Shown: in pieces, positions 18,964 to 29,142 of the stretch
Position numbering within the stretch: the stretch's first letter is position 1
Layout: each line of letters opens with the position of its first letter
IMG/VR virus record: IMGVR_UViG_3300032083_002429
Span: 1 to 55,248 of that record
Direction: 5' to 3' (one strand)
Origin: a virus
Taxonomy: Duplodnaviria > Caudoviricetes
DNA: 55,248 nucleotides
Made by a program: the position numbers and the translations under genes
Notes under the pieces: generated by a model
What the model was told of the DNA's origin: nothing
What the model saw: the letters and a program-made list of their open reading frames with translations, nothing else
Databases searched by the model: none

Positions 18964-20133
18964 TTAATTGTCAGCCTTAGGTTTGAGAGCATCTGTCAAT
19001 GATTGTCTCTGTGTTACTGTCAAACCATTTATCGTTGAACTTGTTGCATCGTTAACAAAACTTGTTTTGTAGTTTGCTCTCGAATTATTGTTAGTTGTAG
19101 TTATTCTAACGGAATCTTCTATTTTAACCCATCTGGTTCCGTCATAACGGAATAATCTGTTAGGTAAGTAATCTGTTCTCAAGAAATAATCACCAACGTC
19201 AACACCCGATGTTGGGAAAGATATTCCAAATCCGGCCGGGTGTCCGTTTGGTGCGACCCCATCGCCGTCCATGTAGAAGCCATAGTGCGAACTTGCCGGT
19301 GTGTCTATTGTAGCATTAACAGTTTTGTCACCACTTGCTCTTTGTTCTTCTGTGTTAACATTTTCTGTCCTAATATTTCCTCTCTCGTCTATGGGTGCAA
19401 CATAGTACTGCTTATAGTTGAATCCTGACTTGGGTGCATCTGCTTCTGCCTGTGCAACTACTTGATCGTTAATTGTTTTTTCTTTGTTGAATGTTGACAT
19501 GTAACTGGCAAGGGATCCTGTTGTGGTTGCATCACCTATGATGTCTTTGAACTCCTGTGAGTCTACCATGGTCTTCATCTTCAATCTCAACAGGTGTGGC
19601 CACCATGTTTGCGAAAATCCTTCCGCCGCCCTGTTAACATCCTCCACAACATAGTATCTTTTCAATGCGATCGGTATGCTCTCGTCCAACGAGTAGTCTT
19701 CTTTCATGTGCGGGAATTCTATGACATCACCTGCCATTGGTTTCCTGCCTAATCTTTCAACTATGTCGTTCAGGTGTACTGTTAAAAATAGTGTGTCGTT
19801 CTGTAAGAACATACCAAACTGTGAAAGGTTGAAATCTGCATCTTGCACATTGTAAATCCCCCTCACGATGTAAATATCATCTGCATATTTCCTGTCCCTG
19901 TTCTCTAGGAAAAGTAAATCCTGTATGGTTCTCTCGTTTAATGAGTCTCCGGAATACTGAGGATTTGTAGGACTTGCCTCTCCGTCCTTGTTTGTGTCTC
20001 CCTGATCGTAGGGGCCTATGTACTTGTGGAAATGTAGATCGGTTCCTCCAACAACGAACATCTCCTTGATGTTACGATCGAAGAACTTGTAGTCATTACC
20101 TTTTTCAGGCTTAAAAATGGACAATCTTGGCAT
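18964..20133 (-). CDS. gp14: Neck protein (gp14-like)
   Basis: LSQFGMFL, GRKPMAGDVIEFPH; start MPRLS at 20133, 8 nt after minus-strand TAAATA (20142-20147). Confidence 0.65.
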   Translation of the reverse strand: MPRLSIFKPEKGNDYKFFDRNIKEMFVVGGTDLHFHKYIGPYDQGDTNKDGEASPTNPQYSGDSLNERTIQDLLFLENRDRKYADDIYIVRGIYNVQDADFNLSQFGMFLQNDTLFLTVHLNDIVERLGRKPMAGDVIEFPHMKEDYSLDESIPIALKRYYVVEDVNRAAEGFSQTWWPHLLRLKMKTMVDSQEFKDIIGDATTTGSLASYMSTFNKEKTINDQVVAQAEADAPKSGFNYKQYYVAPIDERGNIRTENVNTEEQRASGDKTVNATIDTPASSHYGFYMDGDGVAPNGHPAGFGISFPTSGVDVGDYFLRTDYLPNRLFRYDGTRWVKIEDSVRITTTNNNSRANYKTSFVNDATSSTINGLTVTQRQSLTDALKPKADN

Positions 20134-20176
20134 ATCATACATATTTATTGCACAGGCAAAGGTAATAAATATGAGT

Positions 20177-20938
20177 ATGTCAGAACTACAAACAGGACAA
20201 CAAGAAATATTTGATTACGTCAAGAACAACCTAGGTGACGGTATGATTGACGTTGAATTAGACCCTAAACACTATCAAACGGCGCTGGAAAGAGCAGTCA
20301 ACAAATTCAGACAAAGATCATCAAACGCTGTGGAAGAATCTTATGCTTTTCTTCAATTAAAGAAAAATCAGAACACATACATTTTACCGGATGAGATTAT
20401 CAATGTGAGAAATCTCAACAGGAGAAGTGTTGGATCCAGGACAGAAGGTGGCGAAGGCGGAACACTGTTCGAACCTTTCAACTTGGCCTACACAAACACC
20501 TATCTGTTAAAAGCGGGAGCAACAGGTGGATTGGCCACTTACTATGCGTTTGCATCATACCAGGAATTAGTAGGTAAGATGTTTGGTAGTTTCATACAGT
20601 TCCATTTTGACGTGGCAACAAAGAAATTAACTATCACACAGAGACCCAGGGCGGACGACGAAACAGTCCTTATGCACACTGACAATTTCAGACCTGACAT
20701 AACGCTGTTCAAGGACATCTATTCTAAACCATGGATCAGAGATTACACACTTGCAGTATCTAAACTCATGTTGGGAGAAGCAAGGGGAAAATTCAATACC
20801 ATAGCAGGACCACAAGGTGGAACAACACTGAACGGTGATGCATTGAAGAATGAAGGCCAGGCAGAGATGGACAGACTCGAGGCAGACATAGGCAATTTCC
20901 AAGAAGGCGGGAGTCCAACAAGTTTCATTATCGGTTAA
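20177..20938 (+). CDS. gp13: Neck protein (gp13-like)
   Basis: LGDGMIDVELD, WIRDYTLA..K..LG..RGKF..IAGPQGGTTLNG; start 5 nt after TAAATA (20166-20171). Confidence 0.8.
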   Translation: MSELQTGQQEIFDYVKNNLGDGMIDVELDPKHYQTALERAVNKFRQRSSNAVEESYAFLQLKKNQNTYILPDEIINVRNLNRRSVGSRTEGGEGGTLFEPFNLAYTNTYLLKAGATGGLATYYAFASYQELVGKMFGSFIQFHFDVATKKLTITQRPRADDETVLMHTDNFRPDITLFKDIYSKPWIRDYTLAVSKLMLGEARGKFNTIAGPQGGTTLNGDALKNEGQAEMDRLEADIGNFQEGGSPTSFIIG

Positions 20939-20987
20939 CTTCTATTACCGGTAAATTCTTACATGTATTATTTTAAATACTAGTATC

Positions 20988-21170
20988 ATGATAGACGACA
21001 GATACAAAAAACTTACCAAATGCACACTAGACGAATTGGCCGACATGGTCGATGACCTAGAGAACATTGCCATACACGCCCTGAAAGAGGGAAAATTAAG
21101 TATGCGTAAACTGGTATTAACACAGATCCATGATGTTAAAAAAGAGATTGAAAAACGTTTAAAAAAATAG
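20988..21170 (+). CDS. Hypothetical helical protein
   Basis: 60-aa ORF; TAAATA at 20974-20979 is 8 nt upstream. Confidence 0.7.
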   Translation: MIDDRYKKLTKCTLDELADMVDDLENIAIHALKEGKLSMRKLVLTQIHDVKKEIEKRLKK

Positions 21171-21176
21171 TATAAT
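21148..21176 (+). promoter_or_regulatory. sigma70-like promoter
   Basis: TTGAAA-17 nt-TATAAT, 6 nt before ATG21183. Confidence 0.75.
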
Positions 21177-21182
21177 AAGTCT

Positions 21183-21836
21183 ATGTTAATAGGCATAGTA
21201 GGTTTAATAAGTTCTGGTAAGGACACAGTCGCAGAAAGACTAGTACAAGAACATAATTTCAAAAAAGATTCATTCGCAAAAAGTTTAAAAGATGCAGTAA
21301 GTTCTATGTTCAATTGGGACAGAGAAATGCTGGAAGGCAAGACAGCCGAAAGCAGAGAATGGAGAGAACGGCCTGATGCTTTTTGGAGTAAAAGATTTAA
21401 TAAAGATGTAACACCTCGTTGGGTGCTACAACACTTTGGCACAGAAGTAATGCGTCAGAATATGCATGATGGCATATGGATTGACAGTTGCATGGCCAGA
21501 TACAAGGGTGAACCAACGGTGATATCAGATACAAGATTTGAAAATGAAATCAAGATGATCAAGGAATCCGGAGGCAACATTATACTTGTAAAAAGAGGAC
21601 AAGATCCTGATTGGTTTACAAGCTATGTTGAAGGTAATATCAAACCCTCGGGCATTCACTCTTCGGAATATGCATGGGCAAAATCAGAGTTTGATTATGT
21701 TATCAAGAACGACGGAACACTGGAAGAATTACACCAACAAGTTGACGATCTAATCGTCAGCAACAAGATCACCAATACGCCATCCAAGTCTACGGACACT
21801 GCCCAACCGTTGGCAATTGGCGCAAACAGTTTTTAG
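21183..21836 (+). CDS. Deoxynucleoside monophosphate kinase (T4 gp1-like)
   Basis: P-loop GLISSGKDT, SFAKSLKD, TPRWVLQHFGTEVMR, ISDTRFENE, HSSE, IKNDGT. Confidence 0.9.
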   Translation: MLIGIVGLISSGKDTVAERLVQEHNFKKDSFAKSLKDAVSSMFNWDREMLEGKTAESREWRERPDAFWSKRFNKDVTPRWVLQHFGTEVMRQNMHDGIWIDSCMARYKGEPTVISDTRFENEIKMIKESGGNIILVKRGQDPDWFTSYVEGNIKPSGIHSSEYAWAKSEFDYVIKNDGTLEELHQQVDDLIVSNKITNTPSKSTDTAQPLAIGANSF

Positions 21837-22109
21837 ATTAGTAGTCGCGGTATTCCTCATACTCCCATCCACAAAGAACACATCCAGTTGAGATTGTTTC
21901 TGTGCCCTGAACCCACACAGCTCACACTTCTTATGTTTCTTGTATCCGGATCTCTGCAGGGCCGTGATTCCTCCAACTTTCTTGCCAGCTTTCTTTCTGT
22001 TGCAGGTGTCACACAGGCTACGCCAGTAGATCTTTGTTCCTTTCCTGTAAGCATAGGCACGAGGCTTTGCCTTGCACTCCTTACACAACGGTCTGTCCTT
22101 GTATGCCAT
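21750..22109 (-). CDS. Zinc-binding, degenerate HNH-like protein
   Basis: Four CxxC pairs; LDVFFVDG..NLKTVCANCQ with the HNH histidines replaced; start MAYKD 5 nt after minus-strand TAAATA (22115-22120). Confidence 0.7.
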   Translation of the reverse strand: MAYKDRPLCKECKAKPRAYAYRKGTKIYWRSLCDTCNRKKAGKKVGGITALQRSGYKKHKKCELCGFRAQKQSQLDVFFVDGSMRNTATTNLKTVCANCQRLGSVRRLGWRIGDLVADD

Positions 22110-22223
22110 ACACTTATTTAAGTCGCCTATATAGGCACCAGAAAATAGCAAGTTATATCGTAAAAACCATATGATTGAATAAATAACTCTGTATACGTTA
22201 AACTTGCAAGGAGAAAACGAAAA

Positions 22224-25200
22224 ATGGCTTTAACATCACCAGGAGTAGAAGTTTCAGTAATAAACGAGAGCTTTTATGTACCATCAGATGCGGGTACAAC
22301 ACCACTATTCATAGTAGCATCAGCACAGGACAAGACAAACGGAGCGGGTGACGGAACAGCGACTGGAACAACAGTTGCCGGCGCCAACACTGCTTACTTG
22401 ATCTCATCACAAAGAGAATTAACAGAGACTTTCGGGGATCCGAGTTTCTACACTGACACTTCAGGAAATTCATTACAAGGGTATGAGTTGAACGAATACG
22501 GTCTACAAGCGGCTTACTCATTCTTGGGTGTGGCCAACAGAGCTTACGTTCTAAGAGCAAACATTGACACTGGCGAATTACTAGGCAGTGCAACGGCTCC
22601 TACAGCAGACCCAACAGACGGAACATACTGGTTTGACCTTGCATCAACTAGCTATGGTTTATTTGAATGGTCTCAAACTAATCAAACGTTTACAGCAATT
22701 ACTCCAATCTTGATCACACTAGTTGGTGAATTAGTTGGCGGTGTTTCCACTGGTGCACCACTGACTTCTATTGGACAAGTTGGATCATACGCAATCAACA
22801 CAACACACGTTTCAAACAAGATCTTCAAGAAGACAGCAAGTAACACTTGGGTACAGGTTGGATCACAAACTTGGCACACTTCATTACCGGTGGTATCAGT
22901 TGCATCAGGAACAACAGTTACGAATGGTCACAACATGATAATGAACGGTGTAACTGTCACTGTATCAGGAACAACTTTAACTGCGGTTGCATCAGCGATC
23001 GGTTCTAACGTGACCAACGTTACAGCTTCTATTAACTCAGTAACAGGTAACCTAGATATATTCCACAACGGTCTAGCACTAGGTGACTCAGCAGGAGGAA
23101 CAGGGACAATCAGATTTGACGAAGGCACAGGCTTACTAGCTAGCCTAGGAATCACAGCAGGTGTTAAAAATGGTGTTCAATTCCTACAAGCGGCACACAC
23201 TTCAAGACCCACTTGGAAAACTGCAGACGAAGACAGGCCCGATGGTTCTGTTTGGTTCAAGACTACATCGGCTAATGCAGGTGCTAACATTATTGCAAAA
23301 CTTTACGCTTCGGATAGTGCAAGTTTCTCAACAATAGCGGCCCCATTACATGATGATCACAGCACGGCAATCTTCAAATTAGACCCTTCGACAGGTGGAA
23401 CATCATTAGCAACAGGAACTTTATACACACAATTCAACATCACTGAACAGAGCATAACGGCGGCTGACTCGGCTGACACTACTCCTAACGTTGGTGACTT
23501 CCAACTATTCAGATACGAAGGCGGCCAAACTACTGTTACAAGTTTATTGACTAGTCCGAGTTTCACAAGTTCAGAAACTTTCTCAATCAAAGAGACAAGA
23601 AAAAATCAAGATGGTTTCAGTACAGCAGTTACAGTTACACTGGGCGGAACAGGTGCCGATGATTTTGTTGCGGCAGTCAATGCTAAAGTTAACGCTTCAG
23701 CATCAGCTACATCAACTACTGAACTGATAAATGTCAGAGCTAGTAAATTAACAACTGGCGAGATCGTGCTTACACACGTACTGGGCGGTGACATCAGAAT
23801 GGTAGACACAAGCGGTACTCCATTAGCAGATGCTGGTTTTAGTACAACGACAGCACATGAATATGGATCGTACACGGCAAACAGTTCAACACTGATTGAC
23901 AACTTGTACAAGGTTCCGACTGGAGAGACTATTGACTCATCGGCCAACAATGCATTGTTGATTTCGAACTGGAAGAGATTGAGCTACACAGCTTCACTTT
24001 CTGCTCCAAGCAACGAGCCAGCTGACGGAACACTATGGTATGACACTAGCCTCGAAGCAGACATCATGGCACACAACGGCACAACTTGGGTTGGTTATGC
24101 GACTGCATACTCAACTACAGATCCAAATGGTCCACAGTTTAGTGCAACAGCACCGACTACACAGTCAGATGGTACTGCACTTGTGACGAACGACCTATGG
24201 ATTGACACAAGTGATTTGGAAAACTATCCAAAACTTTACAAATATAACACAGCGGCTTCGATCAGTTCGAGCAACACAGCCAACCAGGTAGCAGTTACTA
24301 CAACAGGTGCGGCATGGGTGCTAGTTGACAAAGCTGACCAAACAACAGAAGACGGTATAGTTTTTGCAGATGCGAGATTCCACACAACGACTGACAAAGT
24401 GGCGGGAACATCAACAGCGGCAGGAGTACCTTCAACAATCAAGAACTTGTTGAGTGATGGTTTCCTAGACCCGGATGCGCCAGATCCAACTTTATTCCCA
24501 CAAGGTATATTGCTTTGGAACACTAGACGTTCAGGTTACAATGTTAAAGAATACAAAAACAGTTACATCACAACCACGAAGTATCCAGGGTCTGGATCAG
24601 CAGGGTTGGGTAACATCAGAGCAAACAATGAATCTGTTGCAACTTACTACCCAGACAGATGGGTTCTTAAGTCAAGCAACAACGCAGACGGTTCTGGATC
24701 TTTCGGAAGGAAAGCACAGAGAAAAGTCATCGTTGAGCAACTGAAATCAGAGATCGACACCAACCAAGCAATCAGAGAAGACCAAAGAGGCTTCAATGTT
24801 ATTGCTGTACCTGGTTACCCTGAACTGATCTCAAACATGATCAACTTGAACACAGACAGGAACAACACAGCGTTTATAATTGGAGATACGCCTTTGAGAT
24901 TAGATGGAACATCAACAGCAATCCAGAACTGGGCCAACAACACGGCAGGTGCACTGGACAACGGTGAAGACGGTCTAATAAGTGCAAGTGATTACTTGGG
25001 TGTGTTTTATCCATCTGGATTAACAACAGACAACACAGGTAAATCGATTGTGGTTCCGGCATCACACATGATGATGAGGACACTGGCAAACAACGATAAC
25101 ATCGCTTTCCCATGGTTCGCACCATCGGGAACGAGAAGAGGTGTCGTTGACAATGCCACAGCAGTTGGTTACATCGACTCAGCGTCTGGAGAATTCCAAA

Positions 25201-25652
25201 CAATATCTGTGACGGAGTCAGTGAGAGATTCAATGCATGAAGTCAAGATTAACCCGATCACTTTCTTTGCAGGAGCAGGCATAGTTAACTTTGGTAATTT
25301 AACCAAAACATCGGCAAGTTCAGCATTGGATAGGATCAACGTTGCAAGGTTGGCAGTGTATCTAAGAACACAACTAGATGCTATTGCTAAACCGTTCATA
25401 TTCGAACCAAATGATGAACTGACAAGGAACGAGATCAAAGGTGCGGTCGAATCATTCTTGTTGGAACTGGTCGGACAGAGAGCATTGTTTGACTTCTTGG
25501 TAGTTTGTGATGACACAAACAACACATCTACTAGAATAGATAGAAATGAACTGTACGTAGATATAGCAATTGAGCCGATCAAATCAGTTGAATTTATTTA
25601 CATACCGTTGAGGATTAAAAACACAGGAGAAATTGCAAAATTAGGAAGCTAA
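22224..25652 (+). CDS. gp18: Tail sheath protein (1142 aa)
   Basis: LTSPGVEV, FPWFAPSGTRRG, KINPI, ALDRINVARL, FIFEPND, IEPIKSVEFI; TAAATA at 22180-22185 plus SD. Confidence 0.95.
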   Translation: MALTSPGVEVSVINESFYVPSDAGTTPLFIVASAQDKTNGAGDGTATGTTVAGANTAYLISSQRELTETFGDPSFYTDTSGNSLQGYELNEYGLQAAYSFLGVANRAYVLRANIDTGELLGSATAPTADPTDGTYWFDLASTSYGLFEWSQTNQTFTAITPILITLVGELVGGVSTGAPLTSIGQVGSYAINTTHVSNKIFKKTASNTWVQVGSQTWHTSLPVVSVASGTTVTNGHNMIMNGVTVTVSGTTLTAVASAIGSNVTNVTASINSVTGNLDIFHNGLALGDSAGGTGTIRFDEGTGLLASLGITAGVKNGVQFLQAAHTSRPTWKTADEDRPDGSVWFKTTSANAGANIIAKLYASDSASFSTIAAPLHDDHSTAIFKLDPSTGGTSLATGTLYTQFNITEQSITAADSADTTPNVGDFQLFRYEGGQTTVTSLLTSPSFTSSETFSIKETRKNQDGFSTAVTVTLGGTGADDFVAAVNAKVNASASATSTTELINVRASKLTTGEIVLTHVLGGDIRMVDTSGTPLADAGFSTTTAHEYGSYTANSSTLIDNLYKVPTGETIDSSANNALLISNWKRLSYTASLSAPSNEPADGTLWYDTSLEADIMAHNGTTWVGYATAYSTTDPNGPQFSATAPTTQSDGTALVTNDLWIDTSDLENYPKLYKYNTAASISSSNTANQVAVTTTGAAWVLVDKADQTTEDGIVFADARFHTTTDKVAGTSTAAGVPSTIKNLLSDGFLDPDAPDPTLFPQGILLWNTRRSGYNVKEYKNSYITTTKYPGSGSAGLGNIRANNESVATYYPDRWVLKSSNNADGSGSFGRKAQRKVIVEQLKSEIDTNQAIREDQRGFNVIAVPGYPELISNMINLNTDRNNTAFIIGDTPLRLDGTSTAIQNWANNTAGALDNGEDGLISASDYLGVFYPSGLTTDNTGKSIVVPASHMMMRTLANNDNIAFPWFAPSGTRRGVVDNATAVGYIDSASGEFQTISVTESVRDSMHEVKINPITFFAGAGIVNFGNLTKTSASSALDRINVARLAVYLRTQLDAIAKPFIFEPNDELTRNEIKGAVESFLLELVGQRALFDFLVVCDDTNNTSTRIDRNELYVDIAIEPIKSVEFIYIPLRIKNTGEIAKLGS

Positions 25653-25675
25653 TTTTCGATAAATAGGAGAAACAA

Positions 25676-26302
25676 ATGGCAATATCAACATTATCAAAAT
25701 TTACAGTACCTTTAAGCAACGATCAAAGTTCAGCATCACAAGGTCTGTTGATGCCAAAACTCCAGTATCGTTTCAGATTGGTCCTGGAAAATTTTGGAGT
25801 ATCAACACCAAGATCAGAACTAACAAAACAAGTAATGGACGTGACAAGACCCAGCTTGACTTTTGACACAGTGACACTAGATGTGTACAACTCAAAAGTA
25901 TACATGGCAGGTAAACACACTTGGGAACCTATCACAATCCAGATGAGAGATGACGTCAACAACTCGGTTAGCAAACTGGTCGGTGAACAGATACAGAAAC
26001 AGTTTGATTTCTTCGAACAGTCAAGTGCGGCATCAGGTATTGATTACAAATTCACAGGTAGAATTGAAATGCTAGACGGTGGTAACGGATCAAGTGCTCC
26101 AAACGTTCTAGAGACATGGGAACTTTACGGTGCTTATATTGAAAACGTTAACTACAACACACTGGCCTACAACCTTTCGGAACCAGTGACTATCACACTG
26201 TCTATGAGATACGACAATGCGGTACAGACACCACAGGGTACAGGAATCGGAACAGCAGTGGCTAGAACGATCGGTACACTTTCAACAGGTGGTGGACAGT
26301 AA
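25676..26302 (+). CDS. gp19: Tail tube protein
   Basis: Follows the sheath; YMAGKHTWEPITI, WELYGA, ITLSMRYD. Confidence 0.85.
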   Translation: MAISTLSKFTVPLSNDQSSASQGLLMPKLQYRFRLVLENFGVSTPRSELTKQVMDVTRPSLTFDTVTLDVYNSKVYMAGKHTWEPITIQMRDDVNNSVSKLVGEQIQKQFDFFEQSSAASGIDYKFTGRIEMLDGGNGSSAPNVLETWELYGAYIENVNYNTLAYNLSEPVTITLSMRYDNAVQTPQGTGIGTAVARTIGTLSTGGGQ

Positions 26303-26335
26303 TAAACAAAATTAGACTTAGCATTTAATACACTG

Positions 26336-26361
26336 AAAGCGTCTTTATAGGCGCTTTTTTT
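26336..26361 (+). terminator. Intrinsic terminator after the tail tube gene
   Basis: AAAGCGTCT-TTAT-AGGCGC followed by a T-run. Confidence 0.85.
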
Positions 26362-26379
26362 GTGACTATAAATAACAGT

Positions 26380-27771
26380 ATGCCAAGCATTAACAATTTC
26401 TTAAAAGGTTTCCAAGATGGTCTTCCAGGGATGAAGGACTATCGACACGCATCTAGACTGTACCTCGATAACAATTACCAGTTGATGCCAAAACAGAAGT
26501 TTCTGTTTCACGTGGTATTCGATCTCGATGACTCCATAGCATTTGAAAAATTTAACCCCAGCGAGAGAGCCCAACTCAACATGTTGGTCAAGGCGTGTGA
26601 CCTACCCAAGTACAACATGAGTATGGAAGAAAAGGTACAGTACAACAAGAAGATGTACACGGCCACGAGGATCGCATACGAGCCGATCAACATCACATTC
26701 CACGATGACCATGCAGACACTGTCAACGCATTCTGGAAGAAATACTACGAGTACCACATAGCCGACTCCGTGTCCATGAACTCAGACCTACAGATATCAG
26801 CAACCAAAGACAGTTTGTATGATTCCATCGGTGCTGAAAAAAGGACGAACAAATACGGGTTGGACACTCCTGCGGAACGTGGTAAACCTTTCCTGAAAGG
26901 GATACAGATATTCGTGTTACACAAGAAGAGATTCACGTCAATGACATTGGTCAATCCTGTGATTGGATCATTCAGTCACGACAACCTGGACGCGGCCGAT
27001 GGTGCAGGGATCATGTCTAACACCATGCAGATATTATATGAGACTGTGATATACAAGGCAGGGATAATCAACAGGAACAGTGTTCCAGGATTTGCCACGG
27101 TGAATTACGACAACGAACCATCTCCGTTATCAGTGTTAGGCAGAGGAACAAACAGCATATTTGGACCAGGCGGTGTTGTAGATGGCATAGGGTCAGTGAT
27201 GAGAAATTTAGATAATGGGAACATACTGGGTGCGATACTGGGTGCGTCTAACACCTACAACAATGCCAAGAAGATAAAAAAGAAAGACGTCAAGCAAGAA
27301 TTGAAAGGTATAGCCAAACAAGGTATACTGGACATAGGCAAACAGGCAGGATCAATAACCAATCCAGTTGCTCGATTCTCCGTTGGTGCGGTCGTGGCGG
27401 CAGGGGCCATCATAGCGTCACCCAGGGGAACCAGTGACAACAAAACGAAACTGAACAACACCGTTATTTCTAATCCCGTGCAGGACACGATCAACTTCCT
27501 GTCTGCAGACGAGTCATTTAACATTGTGTCAAACGATGAATCGATCAGAGATCAGATAGCATCAAGCATATACTACAAGGACATAGGTTCACGTACAGGG
27601 CTCACTGTGGCAGAGTCCGACATAGCGTATGCGGCATCTTCCGATAACGTGAAGAACGTGTACAGCAACAAGGCCATAACAGACACGAGGAAACTGGTCA
27701 CAGAAGGATACATAAAAATTGCTAGAGGAACACAAGATGTTCAGATAGTAGCAGAGAAGGCAGGACTATAA
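26380..27771 (+). CDS. Tube-like baseplate/tail-tube initiator (gp48/gp54-like)
   Basis: VKACDLPKY, YEPINITFHDD tube-fold motifs; TATAAATA at 26367-26374 is 5 nt before ATG26380. Confidence 0.65.
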   Translation: MPSINNFLKGFQDGLPGMKDYRHASRLYLDNNYQLMPKQKFLFHVVFDLDDSIAFEKFNPSERAQLNMLVKACDLPKYNMSMEEKVQYNKKMYTATRIAYEPINITFHDDHADTVNAFWKKYYEYHIADSVSMNSDLQISATKDSLYDSIGAEKRTNKYGLDTPAERGKPFLKGIQIFVLHKKRFTSMTLVNPVIGSFSHDNLDAADGAGIMSNTMQILYETVIYKAGIINRNSVPGFATVNYDNEPSPLSVLGRGTNSIFGPGGVVDGIGSVMRNLDNGNILGAILGASNTYNNAKKIKKKDVKQELKGIAKQGILDIGKQAGSITNPVARFSVGAVVAAGAIIASPRGTSDNKTKLNNTVISNPVQDTINFLSADESFNIVSNDESIRDQIASSIYYKDIGSRTGLTVAESDIAYAASSDNVKNVYSNKAITDTRKLVTEGYIKIARGTQDVQIVAEKAGL

Positions 27772-28148
27772 TGGCAGAATTCTACACCAACTTACCACCA
27801 AAGCAGAAAGACGACCTTGACAAGACCATAGAGAAGTTGACTACCACCAACTATGAAACGGAATATCAATTCAATGTAGGAGAATATGATACCACCGTGG
27901 GTTTCTTCGTCAAGAGAGGTTTCTCCAGGACCGCGGCGGAGTCGACCGCATACGTGATATTGTCACAGGCCAAGATAGACAGCATCAAACCACACGAGCT
28001 GTTAGACAAACTGACCGAGGCGTCGCCTGCACAACTGTCTGAACTGATAACGATCATATTGAATGCCAACCGATACAAATCCAGTAGGTTAGGAGTCAGA
28101 CAGACCCTGGCAACTGTTGAGACTGTGTCAAGAAACATCATAGACTAA
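27771..28148 (+). CDS. Hypothetical protein
   Basis: 125-aa ORF with TAATG overlaps at both ends. Confidence 0.75.
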   Translation: MAEFYTNLPPKQKDDLDKTIEKLTTTNYETEYQFNVGEYDTTVGFFVKRGFSRTAAESTAYVILSQAKIDSIKPHELLDKLTEASPAQLSELITIILNANRYKSSRLGVRQTLATVETVSRNIID

Positions 28149-28588
28149 TGTTACCTAGATTCGCGAGGGGCAAATTCTATCCCAAGAATGCCGAGAAGTA
28201 TGTTGGCTTAAAAACCCCAACCTACAGATCAAGTTGGGAACATGCTTTCATGAGATTGTGTGATGAACATCCTAATGTGTACAAGTGGGCCAGCGAGAGT
28301 ATAAAAATTCCTTACAGACATCCGTTCACGGGCAAATACACAGTCTACGTGCCAGATTTTTTCATTGTGTACAACGACAAGAACAGCAAGAAACACGCCG
28401 AGCTTGTGGAAGTTAAACCTGCATCACAGACCACCATGGAAGCGGCCGGCAAAAGCATGGCCAAGAAGAAACAGGTTGTGATAAATCACGCCAAGTGGGA
28501 GGCCGCAAGTGCCTATGCCAAACAGAACAAGCTACGATTCAGGGTTGTGTCAGAAGACCAACTTTTCCACAACGGCAAGCGTAAGTAA
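28148..28588 (+). CDS. gp4: Head completion nuclease (T4 gp4, TnsA-like fold)
   Basis: YRSSWE, WASE.IKIPY, YVPDF, VEVKP, KWEAA. Confidence 0.9.
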   Translation: MLPRFARGKFYPKNAEKYVGLKTPTYRSSWEHAFMRLCDEHPNVYKWASESIKIPYRHPFTGKYTVYVPDFFIVYNDKNSKKHAELVEVKPASQTTMEAAGKSMAKKKQVVINHAKWEAASAYAKQNKLRFRVVSEDQLFHNGKRK

Positions 28589-28596
28589 ATAAAACA

Positions 28597-29133
28597 ATGA
28601 CAAAGAAATTAGAAGACATCCTTAATTTACCAAATGTCAAAGACGCATTCAAAGAGGTGGATAAAAAAGAGAAAGATCAGAAATTGAAGGAGACTGCCAA
28701 TGGTGGTACCACTGTTTCATCAAAAAATCTAGATCCAAAGACACAGGCGAACCTACAGAAAAGCTATGCGGAGTTTGACAAGATCGCGGCATCACTGCCA
28801 CAGGTGAAAGGCTTGGGTGATATGTCTGATCTGGAGATGGACAAGCTGGCCGTAGAAGCAGAAGAGAGCTATAAGAACCTAATGGACCTGGGCATGAACG
28901 TGGACTCGCGTTATTCAGGACGTATTTTCGAGGTTGCAAGTAACTTCCTAAAGAACGCCATAGATGCAAAGAGCTCCAAGATAGACAAGAAGCTCAAAAT
29001 GGTGGATCTACAACTCAAGAAGTTGAAGCTGGACAAAGACGGCAATAAAGACGGTTCTCCCATAGAAGAAAGCGATGGATTTGTAATATCTGACCGTAAT
29101 GAATTAATGAAGAAACTATTAAAGAAAGGCTAA
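28597..29133 (+). CDS. Putative terminase small subunit
   Basis: Helical, RIFEVA..LK motif, C-terminal DRNELMK; upstream of the large subunit; positional inference. Confidence 0.5.
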   Translation: MTKKLEDILNLPNVKDAFKEVDKKEKDQKLKETANGGTTVSSKNLDPKTQANLQKSYAEFDKIAASLPQVKGLGDMSDLEMDKLAVEAEESYKNLMDLGMNVDSRYSGRIFEVASNFLKNAIDAKSSKIDKKLKMVDLQLKKLKLDKDGNKDGSPIEESDGFVISDRNELMKKLLKKG

Positions 29134-29142
29134 ATATTGCAT

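Noticed and set aside
21750-22109. Mobile homing endonuclease
   Set aside because: The catalytic histidines appear replaced and the gene has a late-type promoter
28148-28588. TnsA-like nuclease as a Tn7 transposon gene
   Set aside because: Motifs and context fit the T4 gp4 head-completion protein; no tnsB/tnsC or transposon ends were seen
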